Source: Felis catus (taxonomy: Eukaryota). From it: a stretch of 64,000 nt of DNA. The stretch is from contig NC_058368.1 in NCBI RefSeq assembly GCF_018350175.1, positions 168,518,001 through 168,582,000 on the forward strand, written 5' to 3'. Shown piece by piece: positions 50,396 through 61,899 of the stretch (positions within the stretch are counted from its first letter, which is position 1; every line of letters begins with the position of its first letter). The notes beneath the pieces were generated by a model. The model was not told where the DNA came from and ran no database searches. It saw only the letters and a list, made by a program, of their open reading frames with translations. The position numbers were made by a program, and so were the translations under genes.

Positions 50396-51849
50396 AAAAG
50401 TCTTTTAAATTCACTTTCTAAACTTTAAACCATTAAAAGGAGACATTTGTATTAGATTTAACAGTCCTCTGTGGCTTCCTATTTATTGCAGTTTTCAAAT
50501 AGGAGCTTTCCCTATCATTATTGTCATTATTACTACAACTACTATTGTAATTATTACTACTGTCACTAGTATTTCATGAGTACAACTTATGTTCTGCTAA
50601 TCCCCCTTCCCTTCTTGCTAAAGATAGGTGATCTTTTGCTAATAGGCTTTTATTATAGTCTTCACAACCCTCCTTTCCCATATTGGCTTTTCCCGGTCAT
50701 TTGAATAACATTTATTTATTGTTTTCCATGATTTAACAATTGTTATTGCAATGATTTTTATAGTAGACTTTTTCATAAATATATTTTAAAAGCATAAAAT
50801 ATGTTAGTGAAGGCAGTAAAAATGCAACAAAAGTTAAAAAGATATAGGGAAAGAAAGAAGCAAAGTTTACTTAGCTGAATTGTGGTCTCTTGCTTGAGAA
50901 GTTCCTAATCGTTCTTATGAGACCTGCCGTTAAGTCAAAGATAGGCTGATCTAGGTTCTTCTTGATCTGTGATGAATATGGGCAGGAAAAATGGCTTCTA
51001 GTTACCTGTTCCATTACGTGGTCACCAATAATCTAATCTGGGTATTAGTTTTCATTCTGTATTTTGACTACCATTCTTGGAAAATTTCTTGTTTTCTGTG
51101 ACAGCAATGGTTTCTCTCTCTTAGAGTTGCTGATCCAAGGTTAAAGCTAATTATTTCCCCAACCTTTTTAAAAGTGTCTTATTAAATGGCACCTGTCTGT
51201 GCTTATATATTAGGTACCAGAGCTATTAGGAAGGAAAGCCAGGAGGATGGCAGACATAAATTTTTTTTTTTCTCTGCTGCCAGGACAAGGTGACCTGGAA
51301 AACAGTCACTGTGTTAATGTTAATGAGGATAAACAAGCCCTGCAACCAAACTCGGATCGCAGAGCCCAAGTCACCATGTTTAGATCCAAGCACACTAGGC
51401 TCTGTGGTCTGAATACAGAGATGAATGAGGTGCTCTGACCCCAAGAAGCTGGTGTAGCTTCTTTTTTTCCTGTGAGGATGGGAAACCCCTATAGATCTGG
51501 GGCATCACTGTTGGAATAATGCAGTGGAACTCTTGGAGAAAGCCAGTTGAGCAAATCTCAGGAGGAGAAAAGTCAGACTTCTTGTGACATAAACTTTTCG
51601 AAAAGGATGGGACTGTTTGCAACTAATACTATCAAACTCCAGACTTTTAGTACTAGACTTATCAAAGAACTGGTATGCCACTACTATCTTTATTTCCTCA
51701 CCACCAAATTCCTTAACCTCTTGAGATCATCTAGCCTGATCACTCCTTTGAAACTACATCCTGATCACTTAACTGAAACTACATACTAAAAGGACATAAT
51801 TTCCTGATTGTTAATTTAATGGTAAAATACAGACAGACCAGCAAGGTAG

Positions 51850-52070
51850 TTAATAGAATGGGCTTGGAATCAGGCAGACCTGCGTTTAAATTCTGAGTCT
51901 ACTGCTTACTAACTAGCTCTGTGACCTTGAGAAAGCATTTTAAAACCTCCTCTGTGAAATTGGGATAATAAAATCAATCTCATAAGATTGTCATAAGGAT
52001 TAAGTGAGATAAAATATGTAAAGCACCTGGCACAGAGCAAGGCACATAGTTGTTGCCCAATAATTTCATG
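51850..52070 (+). mobile_element. MIR SINE, near full length
   Basis: ggcttggaatcaggcagacctg...tgtgaccttgaga...taaggattaagtgagataa...aaagcacctggcacagag. Confidence 0.85.
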
Positions 52071-52249
52071 GTTATTTTTCTTTCACAGTCTTTATTTCTC
52101 CTGACATTTCTATAGCATGTGAAAAATGTCACCATTTCATACGCACTAAAAATTTTTCTTTCTTCTTGTAGGCCACAAACCTTAAATAATCTTTAATGTC
52201 CAATCCTCGGACTGGTATTCTTTATTTCATAAGACGCTATTATTGGTCT

Positions 52250-52553
52250 TTGCCTAAAGGAATGAAGGGAGAGACTCAGAATCAGAGAAAGTTGTACCAC
52301 TGTGAGAGAAGTAGCCCTCAGTGGGACAGAGCCAACCCAAAGCAACCCTTGTAGGAGCTGGAGTAGTCAATAATATCCTGACCTCACTCTTCTTTCTGAT
52401 CTACTTCTGGGTGCCTATTGGCTGAATCCAACTGAGGCAGAGAGCATAAGAGGCCATGGATATAGTCCTCAGAGGTCGGCCTCCCAGAGTAGAGAGCAAA
52501 GTGGAGAAGAATAAGGAATAGACATGGACGGCCAAATGGGAGATACAGATACA
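52250..52553 (-). mobile_element. ERV-L LTR (LTR41-like)
   Basis: cctattggctgaatccaac...ggtcggcctccc...ggccaaatgggagatacagataca. Confidence 0.65.
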
Positions 52554-52733
52554 TAGAAACAAATTTAAAAATATGTGTAAGATGTTTAAATGAAAAAATA
52601 TAACATTTTCTAAATAAAAACCCACGTTTATGGAGAAGTAGACTCAATATTCTGAAAATGTCAATTTCCCACAAATGAATTCATAAATTCAATGCAACTT
52701 GAAAAAATACCAAGAGTATTTGATGGAACTTTT

Positions 52734-53013
52734 TTTTTAATGTTTATTTATTTATTTTGAGAGAGGAAGAGAGATGGGACTGCAAGCTCGTGCAGCCACT
52801 CTGGAAAACAGTATGGAGGTTCCTCAAAAAACTAAAAATAGAACTACCCTATGACCCAGCAATTGCACTACTAGGCATTTATCCACGAGATACAGGTGTG
52901 CTGTTTCGAAGGGACACATGCACCCCCATGTTTATAGCAGCACTATCAACAATAGCCAAAGCATGGAAAGAGCCCCAATGTCCATTGATGGATGAATGGA
53001 TAAAGAAGATGTG

Positions 53014-53072
<59 letters not shown>

Positions 53073-53652
53073 TATACATACAGTGGAATATTACTTGGCA
53101 ATCAAAAAGAACGAAATCTTGCCATTTGCAACTATGTGGATGGAACTGGAGGGTATTATGCTAAGTGAAATGAATCAGTCAGAAAAAGACAAATACCATA
53201 TGACGTCACTCATATGAGGACTTTAAGAGACAAAACAGATGAACATAAGGGAAGGGGAACAAAACTAATATAAAAACAGGGAGGGAGACAAAACAGAAGA
53301 GACTCATAAACATGGAGAACAAACTGAGAGTTACTGGAGGGGTTGTGGGAGGGGGGATGGGCTAAATGGGTAAGGGGCACTAAGGAATCTACTCCTGAAA
53401 TCGTTGCACTATATGGTAACTAATTTGGATGTATATTTAAAAAAATAAAAAATAAAATTATAAAAAAAAAGAAAGAGAGAGAAAGCACATAAGCAGGGAA
53501 GGGACAGAGAGAGAGGAAGAGAATCCCAAGCAGGCTCTGTGCTGTCAGTGTGTAGAGCCTGACATGGGGCTGGATCCCACAGACCACGAGATCATGACCT
53601 GAGTTGAGATCAATAGTCGGAAGCTTAACTGACTGAGTCACCTAGGCACCCC
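52734..53652 (-). mobile_element. Can-SINE split by an L1 insertion (parts 52734-52774 and 53473-53652)
   Basis: Tail tttaatgtttatttatttattttgagag on the left, body and head ending ctaggcacccc on the right; TSD ggaactttt. Confidence 0.9.
52775..53470 (+). mobile_element. Felid L1 (L1_Fc-like), 5'-truncated: ORF2 C-terminus and 3' UTR
   Basis: Encodes [35 protein letters not shown]...DEWIKKMW and EYYLAIKKNEILPFAT...; (TG)(TA)(CA) microsatellite expanded at 53013-53080; A tail. Confidence 0.97.
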
Positions 53653-53659
53653 GGAACTT

Positions 53660-54009
53660 TTATTTTTTTTAATTTTGTATTTAAATTCAAGTTAGTTAAC
53701 ATACAGTGTAATATTGGTTTCAGGTGTACAATATAGTGATTCAAAACTTAACATACAACACGGGTGATCATCATAGCAAGTGCACCCTTTAATACCCATC
53801 ACCTATTTCACCCATTCCCCCCAACCCACCTCCCCTCTAGTAACCATCAGTTTGTTCTCTATAGTTAAGAGTCTGTTTCTTGGTTTGCCTCTCCCTCTTT
53901 TTTTCCCCCTTTGCTCATTTGTTTTGTTTCTTAAATTCCACATGAGTGAAATAATATGGTATTTATCTTTCTATGATTTCTTTTCTTTAGCATAATACTC
54001 TCTAGTTCC
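53660..54009 (-). mobile_element. L1_Carn-like 3' UTR fragment
   Basis: caagttagttaacatacagtgtaatattggtttcagg...taaattccacatgagtgaaata; TSD ttgatggaactttt at 52720 and 54010. Confidence 0.92.
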
Positions 54010-54056
54010 TTGATGGAACTTTTAAAGTTAATTGTAAAATGTATAAAGAAAAACCA

Positions 54057-54318
54057 GGGGTGCATGCCTGGCTTACTTGGTGGATCATGTGAGTCTTGAT
54101 TTTAGGATTATGAGTTTGAGTCTCAAGTTAGGGGTAGAGATTACTTTTTAAAATATATATAAAGATGGGGCACCTGGGTGGTTCAGTTGGTTGAGCTTCT
54201 GACTTCAGCTCGGGTCATGATCTCATGGTTCCTGAGTTCAAGCCCCGTATCAGGCTCTGGGCTGTCAGCATGAAGCCTGCTTTGGATCCTCTATCCCCCT
54301 CTCTCTTTGCCCCCCCCC

Positions 54319-54356
<38 letters not shown>

Positions 54357-54670
54357 AATAAGTAAACATTAAAAAAAATGTATAAGTTGGGGCACCTGGG
54401 TGGCTCAGTTGGTTAAGCATCCGACTTCAGCTCAGGTCATGATCTTGTGGTCCGTGAGTTCGAGCCCCATGTTGGGCTCTGTACTGACAGCTCAGAGCCT
54501 GGAGCCTGATTCAGATTCTGTGTCTCCCTCTTTCTCTCTCCTCCCCCACTCATGCTCTGTCCCTCTCTTCTCAAAAATAAACGTTAAAAAAATAAATTAA
54601 TAAAATAAAATAAAATAAAATAAAATAAAATAAAATAAAATAAAATAAAATAAAATAAAATAAGAATAAA
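54057..54670 (+). mobile_element. Three head-to-tail Can-SINEs (54057-54150 short type, 54167-54375, 54389-54670 with (TAAAA)n tail)
   Basis: Three SINE heads separated by copies of the aaaatgtataa-type target sequence. Confidence 0.93.
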
Positions 54671-56716
54671 AAAATGTATAAGGAAAAACCAAACAAAGCA
54701 AATGAACAATACCAAGACAATTTTAAAGAACAAAGTACAGGATACTTGACCTAGAACTCTCAAGCCTAATTATAAACTTACGATAATTAAGACATTTCCA
54801 AAGCCCCCAAACAAGCCCACATATATACGGAAACCTAATATATAACAGAGGTCACATTATTGAACAGTGAGTAAAGTGTTAATGGTGCTAAGAAAAATGA
54901 TTATCCACGGGGATTAATTTTTTTTTTATTTCCTACCTCACAAAATATACAAAAATTATTTCAGGTTAATCAAAGACCTAAATGTGAGGAAAAAAATGTA
55001 AATATCTAATAAGTAAATATAGGAAAATATCCTTATGATCTTGGTATAAGGAAGGATTTTTTTAAATCCTAAAAAAAAGTATTATGATCTTTGATAGAAA
55101 AAAAATTCCTGAAACAACTCACAAAAGGCATAACCCATAAAGGAAAAGATTTATTTATATATTTGGTTACCTTAAAATTTAGAACTTCTGTTCATTAGTA
55201 GACATGATAAACAGAATAAAAGACAAGTCACAAAGAAGGCAAAGAAGGCAAGTATTTGTAATACAAATACTGGCAAAGAACTAGTATACAAAATATAGGA
55301 CTAACTACAAAGCAATAGAAAAACACATGTAGCCCACTAGAAAAATGGGCAGATGACTTGAACAGGAACTTCTCTAAAAACTCAATGGCTAATTCAAATA
55401 TGAAAAGATGCTCAATTTCATTAGTAATCAGGAAAACACAAATTTAAATAGCAAATCTGACAATACCAAATATTAGTGAACACTGGAAACTCCTAATCCT
55501 ATTACTAGAACTGTTAATTGGTACTATTTCCTTGGAACAATGTTTATCAATACCTAGTAGAGTTGATTCTACTCATATTCTACCCCAAAGGAATTCTACT
55601 CCTGGGCAAGTGACTTAGAAGAATTCTTGCCCAAGTGCACAAAGAATTATATATAACAACATTTATACCAGTTTGGTTTATAATGTGTGAAAGCTGGAGA
55701 TAACTAATGGCTCCGTTACAGTGGAGTGAATGAATTGTGATACAGTCATACAACTGAATACCCTATAGAAATGAAAATAGACCCTTAGCAACATGATGGA
55801 ATCTCACAAAATATTGTTGAGTGAAAGAAGCAAATAAAAATAAAATACACAAGACATGGTTCCATTATATGCAGTTCAAAAATCAACAGTATGTCATTAG
55901 AGATGCATATATAGGCTGTAAAACTATAAAACAAAGCAAGAGAACATTATCACAAAAGTAAATATGGAGGTTACCTCGGGGGAGAGGTACCTGAAACACT
56001 ATGTTCAGGCAGAAAGCACTAGGAGCTTCCAAGTATTGACAAAGTATTTTTTGTAACCTGAATAGTAGATACTCAATGTTTACTTTATTGTTTTTCTTTA
56101 AATTGTGTGTATACATTTTACACACTCTTATGTATATATATTTAACAACAAAAAAACATACTTTCTCTCTTTGTTAAAATAGATTTACATATAATATTAT
56201 ACCATCAGCCCACTTAAATACATTTGAACTGTTTCTTAAATTAAAAAAAAGAAAAATATATTTAATTTACATATATATAATAGTTGTATATCACTTTTGA
56301 AAGAAAATATTGGTAAATTAAGTACATTAAAATTGAAATAACTCATTTTTATTATCTATATTATGTATTATGTATATTAATTCTATATTTTTATGGTTAG
56401 GAATAATATATAAAATTAATCAGCATTTACTACATGGCTCAACTATGATTAATGTTTGCATATGTAGTATATTTATTTACAGATTAGTTCTGATTCCTCA
56501 ACAACCTGAAAGTTAGACATCATTATCCTTATTTTTTACATAGACACTGAAAACCCAAGTTAACCAAATTGACACCAAATAACTTAGCCATTTGGCCGAC
56601 AGCCCAGTCATACCAATAATGCCATTTGAATCTGATCCCTGAACTGCGTTGCTTTCAATTATATTACGGGATGGTCCTGTTCTTCACTCTGCTGTGGTCT
56701 TTAGATACACTTTTTC

Positions 56717-56942
56717 TTTTTTCTTTTTTTTTTTTTTTTTCAACGTTTATTTATTTTTGGGACAGAGAGAGACAGAGCATGAACAGGGGAGGGGCAGAGA
56801 GAGAGGGAGACACAGAATCAGAAACAGGCTCCAGGCTCTGAGCCATCAGCCCAGAGCCTGAAGCGGGGCTCGAACTCACGGACCGCGAGATCGTGACTGG
56901 CTGAAGTCGGACGCTTAACCGACTGCGCCACCCAGGCGCCCC
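56717..56942 (-). mobile_element. Young felid SINE (SINEC_Fc)
   Basis: TSD gatacactttttc at 56704 and 56943; CpG-rich. Confidence 0.97.
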
Positions 56943-57789
56943 GATACACTTTTTCATAAGTGTTATCTGAGGAAGCTTTAGGACTTCCTAGGAAGAAATG
57001 ATGCCAAAGCTATCAACACTGGAATTAATTACTTATTCCAAAATTCACTTTCTTAATATTCAAGATGAAGAGTCTAACAATAATTCCTTTTTCATAAATT
57101 GAGATATAATTGACAAGGGGTATAATATAACAAAGTGTATAATCCTTTCTTTAAGCATTAAAGTCTGTGTTATTTAATCATGAAAATATAAAACTGTCCT
57201 TCACTTTTAGATTAATGGTGTCCCTTTTTTGGCTAAGGGTAGGAAACTGAAAAGTGGCCTAAACTACAAGAAAAGAACATAAATACAAGCCAGGTTCTCA
57301 CATCAGAAGGCCTTTTTTTTTTTTTTAACACTTATTTGTTATGATAACTTCTCTCTAAATCACCTTAATTATGATACACCCAGGATAAATTTATGAAAAG
57401 TCTAAACTATGTAATATGCTTGACAAAATATCTTCTTTCCAAATTCAGTTCAGAATTATTTGATCAACCTAAAAGTACAACACCTAGTAGTTAAGTTGCT
57501 TTTATGGTCCAGATGTAATGAATGATATAGAAAGATTTCTGCTGAGTATATCAGTTGCTAAAGTCTAAATGGTAATTGAAAGTACTTAAGGATACTTTAA
57601 AAATTATATTCTTAATAATTAAACTAATAATAACTTAAACATTCTTCTTGTCACTTGTTTACTCTTAATTTGTTGAAGAAGAAAAGGCTTACTAAGTAAG
57701 CACCACCTACTTCAACTTAGCTCCATTGAGTACTGAAACTTTTTTTAAATTAGTTTGATACAAATTAATTCTTCTACTGATACTACTTT

Positions 57790-58005
57790 TTTAAAAAAAA
57801 ATTATGTTTATTTATTTTTAGGAGCAAGAGAGACAGAGCATGAGCAAGGGAGGGGCAGTGAGAGAGGGAGACACAGAATCTGAAGCAGGCTGTAAGCTCT
57901 AAGCTGTCAGCACAGAGCCCAATAGGGGGTTCGAACTCACAGAACGTGAGATCATGACCTGAGCCAAGGTTGGACACTTAACCAACTGAGCCACCCAGGC
58001 ACCCC
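57790..58005 (-). mobile_element. Can-SINE
   Basis: Degenerate TSD ctactg...ctacttt. Confidence 0.95.
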
Positions 58006-58161
58006 TACTGGCACTACTTTTAATATGCTCTGTAGGAGATGTATCTCTGATTTTAAGAATGCCTAAGCATGATATATAGAGCAGATAAAATTAGAAATAA
58101 TTTCAGCAATGATGAATTATCCTATTAAAGAATCTGTTATTTTAAAATATTTTAATCTCCA

Positions 58162-58388
58162 GGGGCACCTGGGTGGCTCAGTTGGTTAAGCGTCCAACTT
58201 CGGCTCAGGTCATGATCTCACAGTTCACAAGTTCGAGCCCCTCATAGGGCTCTGTGCTGACATCTCAGAGCCTGCTTTGGATTCTGTCACCCTCTCTGCC
58301 CCTCTCCCACTCATGCTCTGTCTCTGTCTCTGTCTCTGTCTCTCTCTCAGAAATAAATAAACATTAAAATTTTTTTAAGTCAAAAAAA
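58162..58388 (+). mobile_element. Can-SINE
   Basis: 18-bp TSD taaaatattttaatctcc at 58143 and 58389. Confidence 0.96.
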
Positions 58389-58446
58389 TAAAATATTTTA
58401 ATCTCCTGTTTCTCACTGATAAATTTAACAGGTATATATCATCCTC

Positions 58447-58666
58447 TAATGGTTCTCAGGAGGAACTGATTTTGCTTCCCAGGGGACATTTGGCAATGTC
58501 TGGAGACATTTTTATTTGTTATGGTGGGTGGGGGTCAGTGCTAACAGTGGGTAGAGAAGCTAGGGATGCTTCTAGACAGCCTACAATGCACAGGCCTGTC
58601 TCTTGCAATAAAAAATTATCTGGCCCCAAACAGAAATGGCAATAGTGCTAAGACTGAGAAATCCTC
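58447..58666. mobile_element. MER20 hAT MITE
   Basis: ggggacatttggcaatgtctggagacattttt...cctacaatgcacagg...aattatctggccccaaa...ctgagaaatcct. Confidence 0.9.
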
Positions 58667-58744
58667 CTCTAGGCCCAAACTAAAGGTCTCACTACAGATT
58701 TTTGTCTCTAAAAGTTTAGGATATATAAAAATATAAAATAGAAA

Positions 58745-58920
58745 TTATATACATATATATGTATATATATATATATGTATATGTGTATATATATATGTAT
58801 ATGTATATATGTATATATATGTATATATGTATATGTATATATGTATATGTATATATGTATATATATACATAGAGTGTATGTATACATATGTATACATATA
58901 TACATATATGTGTGTATATG
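58745..58920. repeat. (TA)n/(TATG)n compound microsatellite
   Basis: Direct inspection. Confidence 0.96.
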
Positions 58921-60268
58921 TTCACACTGAATACAAATGTATGAGATGTGTGTATAAAGTAATGAGACCACTTTGTTAGCATGTGAAATTAATTGTTAAC
59001 ATTTAGATAATGGTTTACTGTTTATAAAATACTTTCTTGACACTCTCTCCCAGGTAATATTATCTATACCCATAGAGTCAGTTTTCATCTCCATGATTAT
59101 GGCTTTCAAATATTTGTCTATAGCCCAGACTCCAGTATGTTACCACATCCTGCTGATTTTCTGTCTTCATATTTCCTCCCTCCTGCCCTCTGCCCTCAGG
59201 ACCACTGCATTGGTTTGGCCTCATTCTTATTTGTTTGGATTACCACATGACTCTGTTGTCCACAGTCACACCATCTTGCAGCTAGAAAACAAGGAAATCC
59301 CTTTTTCTTAGTGCACAAATTATAATAGCTTCAATCCTGACTAATTCACAGATCAGCTGTCATCAAATTACCGGCCAGCTGCTTCCAAGAGCTCCCAAGG
59401 TTCTTTCATGTACTCTTCTGAGGAGGTCCACAGGGTTCTTGTGCCCACTAAGGCTGAAGGCAGCAGTGTATTCCTGCAAGGTCCCACTGACCACTCAGCT
59501 GGACACGGCTTTCTGCAAACTGGTGCCAGCACATTGATCCCAAGGAGGAGGTGTACTGCTCTCACCTTTTCATCTCTTTCTGAAGCACAGGATAAGCCCT
59601 TCCTCAATTCCCCACAGTATAACTGAATCCAGACTACAACTTTTGACAAAACTTTGCTTCAGGTTTAAGAGTAAAAATAAAGAATGTAGAATGAGGTACT
59701 TATGCACAATGTGCACAGGCCAGACCCATGCAAAGATTCCATAGGGGAATCTCATTCCAAGCCAGTCTTCCCTGGCCAGGATGGCTTCTCCTCTAGAAAT
59801 GCCCCAGGAATCTCCATGACTTGGAATCCATTCCAAATGGATGCTGGTGCCAGAAACAGACTTTCCCCTCACCTGTGTGAGATGTACTGGTTTCCATTCT
59901 CCATATGATTGACAGAAGAATTTAAATTCCTTGCATACCTCCCTAAAAGAGATATGATCCAGCCCCCGAAGATAATCCTATCGGAAATACACTGGCCAAT
60001 GTTAGTTCACTTCCTAAAGTTTGGATAATTCAATGTTAAGTAATCTCTCCTGGGACATCAATAACTGATGGAATCTGGGCTACATCAGCCTCAGTCTAGT
60101 TCATTTTCAGTCTCTCTTCATGAAGGGTTTAAAATCTTGGTGTCAGTCTCACAGAGAATCATGTTGTTATAGCAGAGGTGACTTTCCAACTAATCTCCTT
60201 CCATTCTGGCCTCATCAAGTCCACATCTTTGCTGCTCCCAATGGTTCCATAAGGAATGCAAATCTGAT

Positions 60269-60515
60269 AAGAAACTTTTAAAAACTGAGAACAAACTGAG
60301 GGTTGATGGGGGGTGGGAGGGTGGGGAGGGTGGGTGATGGGTATTGAGGAGGGCACCTTCTGGGATGAGCACTGGGTGTTGTATGGAAACCAATTTGACA
60401 ATAAATTTCATATTAAAAAATAAATAAATAAATAAGCAAATAAATAAATAAATAAAATAAAAAGTAAAATAAAATCAACTAAACAGCAAATAAAGAACTA
60501 AAAAATTAAAAAAAA
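60269..60515 (+). mobile_element. Young felid L1 3' end, heavily 5'-truncated, in an L2 fragment
   Basis: aaactgagaacaaactgagggttgatgggg...gatgagcactgggtgttgtatggaaacc; 18-bp TSD aaggaatgcaaatctgat at 60251 and 60516. Confidence 0.95.
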
Positions 60516-60535
60516 AAGGAATGCAAATCTGATCA

Positions 60536-60537
<2 letters not shown>

Positions 60538-60567
<30 letters not shown>
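60538..60567. repeat. (TGC)10 trinucleotide repeat with one interruption
   Basis: Direct inspection. Confidence 0.95.
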
Positions 60568-60568
<1 letters not shown>

Positions 60569-61244
60569 TTTCTTTCTAATTCTATTAAAACTGTGTTAAT
60601 TTGAATGCAGTTCAGGAGTTTAAAAAATAGGAACCTAGGCAAAAGTTGTAGATATTGCTGAGAAAGGGCCTAACCCTGACCCAGCCCCGTGACTATTTAT
60701 TTCCAGGGCTTTGGAGACCTGGTAGTTGACTCCAAGTGGTTTAATGGATGGGAATGTGGGCCAGGAGTAGAGAGTTGATAGGAATGGTGTGGAGAAAGAA
60801 GTCCCTCCGTGTGTCCCTCCTCCTCCTCCAGAAGGGGAGGGATTCAACAAGCTCACCCACGGGGTGCGTGTAGACAGGCCCCTGGTGTTGCTATTGCAGC
60901 CCCAAGTACATAGTTGCTGACTGCATTGTCAAGACCTGACATGTGCTAGCAGTCATTCATTCAGCTTCTGAGCCCACCTCCAGCTGGCTGCTCAGTCACA
61001 TCAGGCCCCGAGAACCTCAGGCAGGGCTCATCAGATGTCTGTCCCTAAGCCACCTGGGCCAGGCCGAGGACGCCCTCCTCCCCTGCCTGCCTCTGCCTGC
61101 CCTCTCCTGTGCCCTGCTGTTTCTGGAGCTCCTCTTACCACCTTCTTGGATTGACTTGTTGGATTTTTAAATTTCAGTTAAGTGGGAACTTCATACTGTG
61201 TTCTCAACTAGTCTTTTCTTTATGTAAGACTCCACCGTGGTTCA

Positions 61245-61410
61245 GGGCCCCTAGGTGGTTCAGTTGGTTAAGTATCAGACTTGATTTTGGCTCAGGTCAC
61301 AATCTCTCAGCACAGAGTGTCTTAGAATTCTCTCTCTGCCCCTTTCCTGCTCTTGCTCTTTCTCTCAAAGTAAATAAATAAACTTAAAAAAACAAAAAGA
61401 AAAAGAAAAA
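61245..61410 (+). mobile_element. Can-SINE, internally deleted
   Basis: ggtggttcagttggttaag...ggctcaggtcacaatctc...aaagtaaataaataaacttaaaaaa. Confidence 0.85.
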
Positions 61411-61419
61411 CTTCCCCAG

Positions 61420-61850
61420 TAGTTTCACGTGGCCTTCATGACTCCCCTCTTTTTGTTTCCTTAGCCCCATCACTTCTCTTTTCCCCACCTACACCCTATG
61501 TTCAAGTACAGACATTCAGGACTACTACAAATCTCTAAACTTGGATTCTCTCTCGTGCCTCTGTCTTTGCTCTTGTGTAGGCCAGGAATGCCTTTCACCC
61601 CATCATCAGTTTCCATCTCCTCCAGGAATTCATTCTTTACCTCATCCCCAAGCCTGGGTTAGGAACACCTTCTCTCTGGTCTGGAGCACATTGTACTTCC
61701 CTGTGGCACACCTCTTATCACAGTGAAATGGTTTGTCTTTCCATGAGTCATGGGAGCTTCCTAAGGCAGAGGAAATGTTGTTGCCTCAGTATTCTCAGAT
61801 ATCTGGCACAGGGCCTGCATTAAACTAAATGCTCAGTTAAGTTTCATGAA
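61420..61850 (+). mobile_element. L2 LINE 3' fragment
   Basis: caggaatgcctttc...gggagcttcctaaggcagagg...tctggcacagggcctg...taaatgctcagt. Confidence 0.6.
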
Positions 61851-61899
61851 GGTTGACTCAGTATTTTCATTTGATCCCCTTGACAACCCTTGGAAGCTA

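Larger units (their letters stand above)
52560..56150 (+). mobile_element. Old L1M(E) ORF2/3' region hosting nested insertions
   Basis: gaaaatgtcaatttccc; caaagacctaaatgtgag; gaaaaatgggcagatgacttgaacagg; gaaaagatgctcaatttcattagtaatcagg; aattctactcctggg. Confidence 0.8.

Noticed and set aside
51261..51438. Strong plus-strand acceptor followed by a short ORF
   Set aside because: No convincing donor, 3' part looks L2-derived, peptide unrecognised
52757..53217. 135-aa and 73-aa ORFs with real protein homology
   Set aside because: Truncated L1 ORF2 C-terminus broken by a microsatellite; not a host gene
59570..59872. 100-aa minus ORF with superficial acyltransferase-like PVH..H.YL motif
   Set aside because: Lacks the HxxxxD catalytic motif, has no extended similarity, and starts at a GTG that is better read as a splice donor
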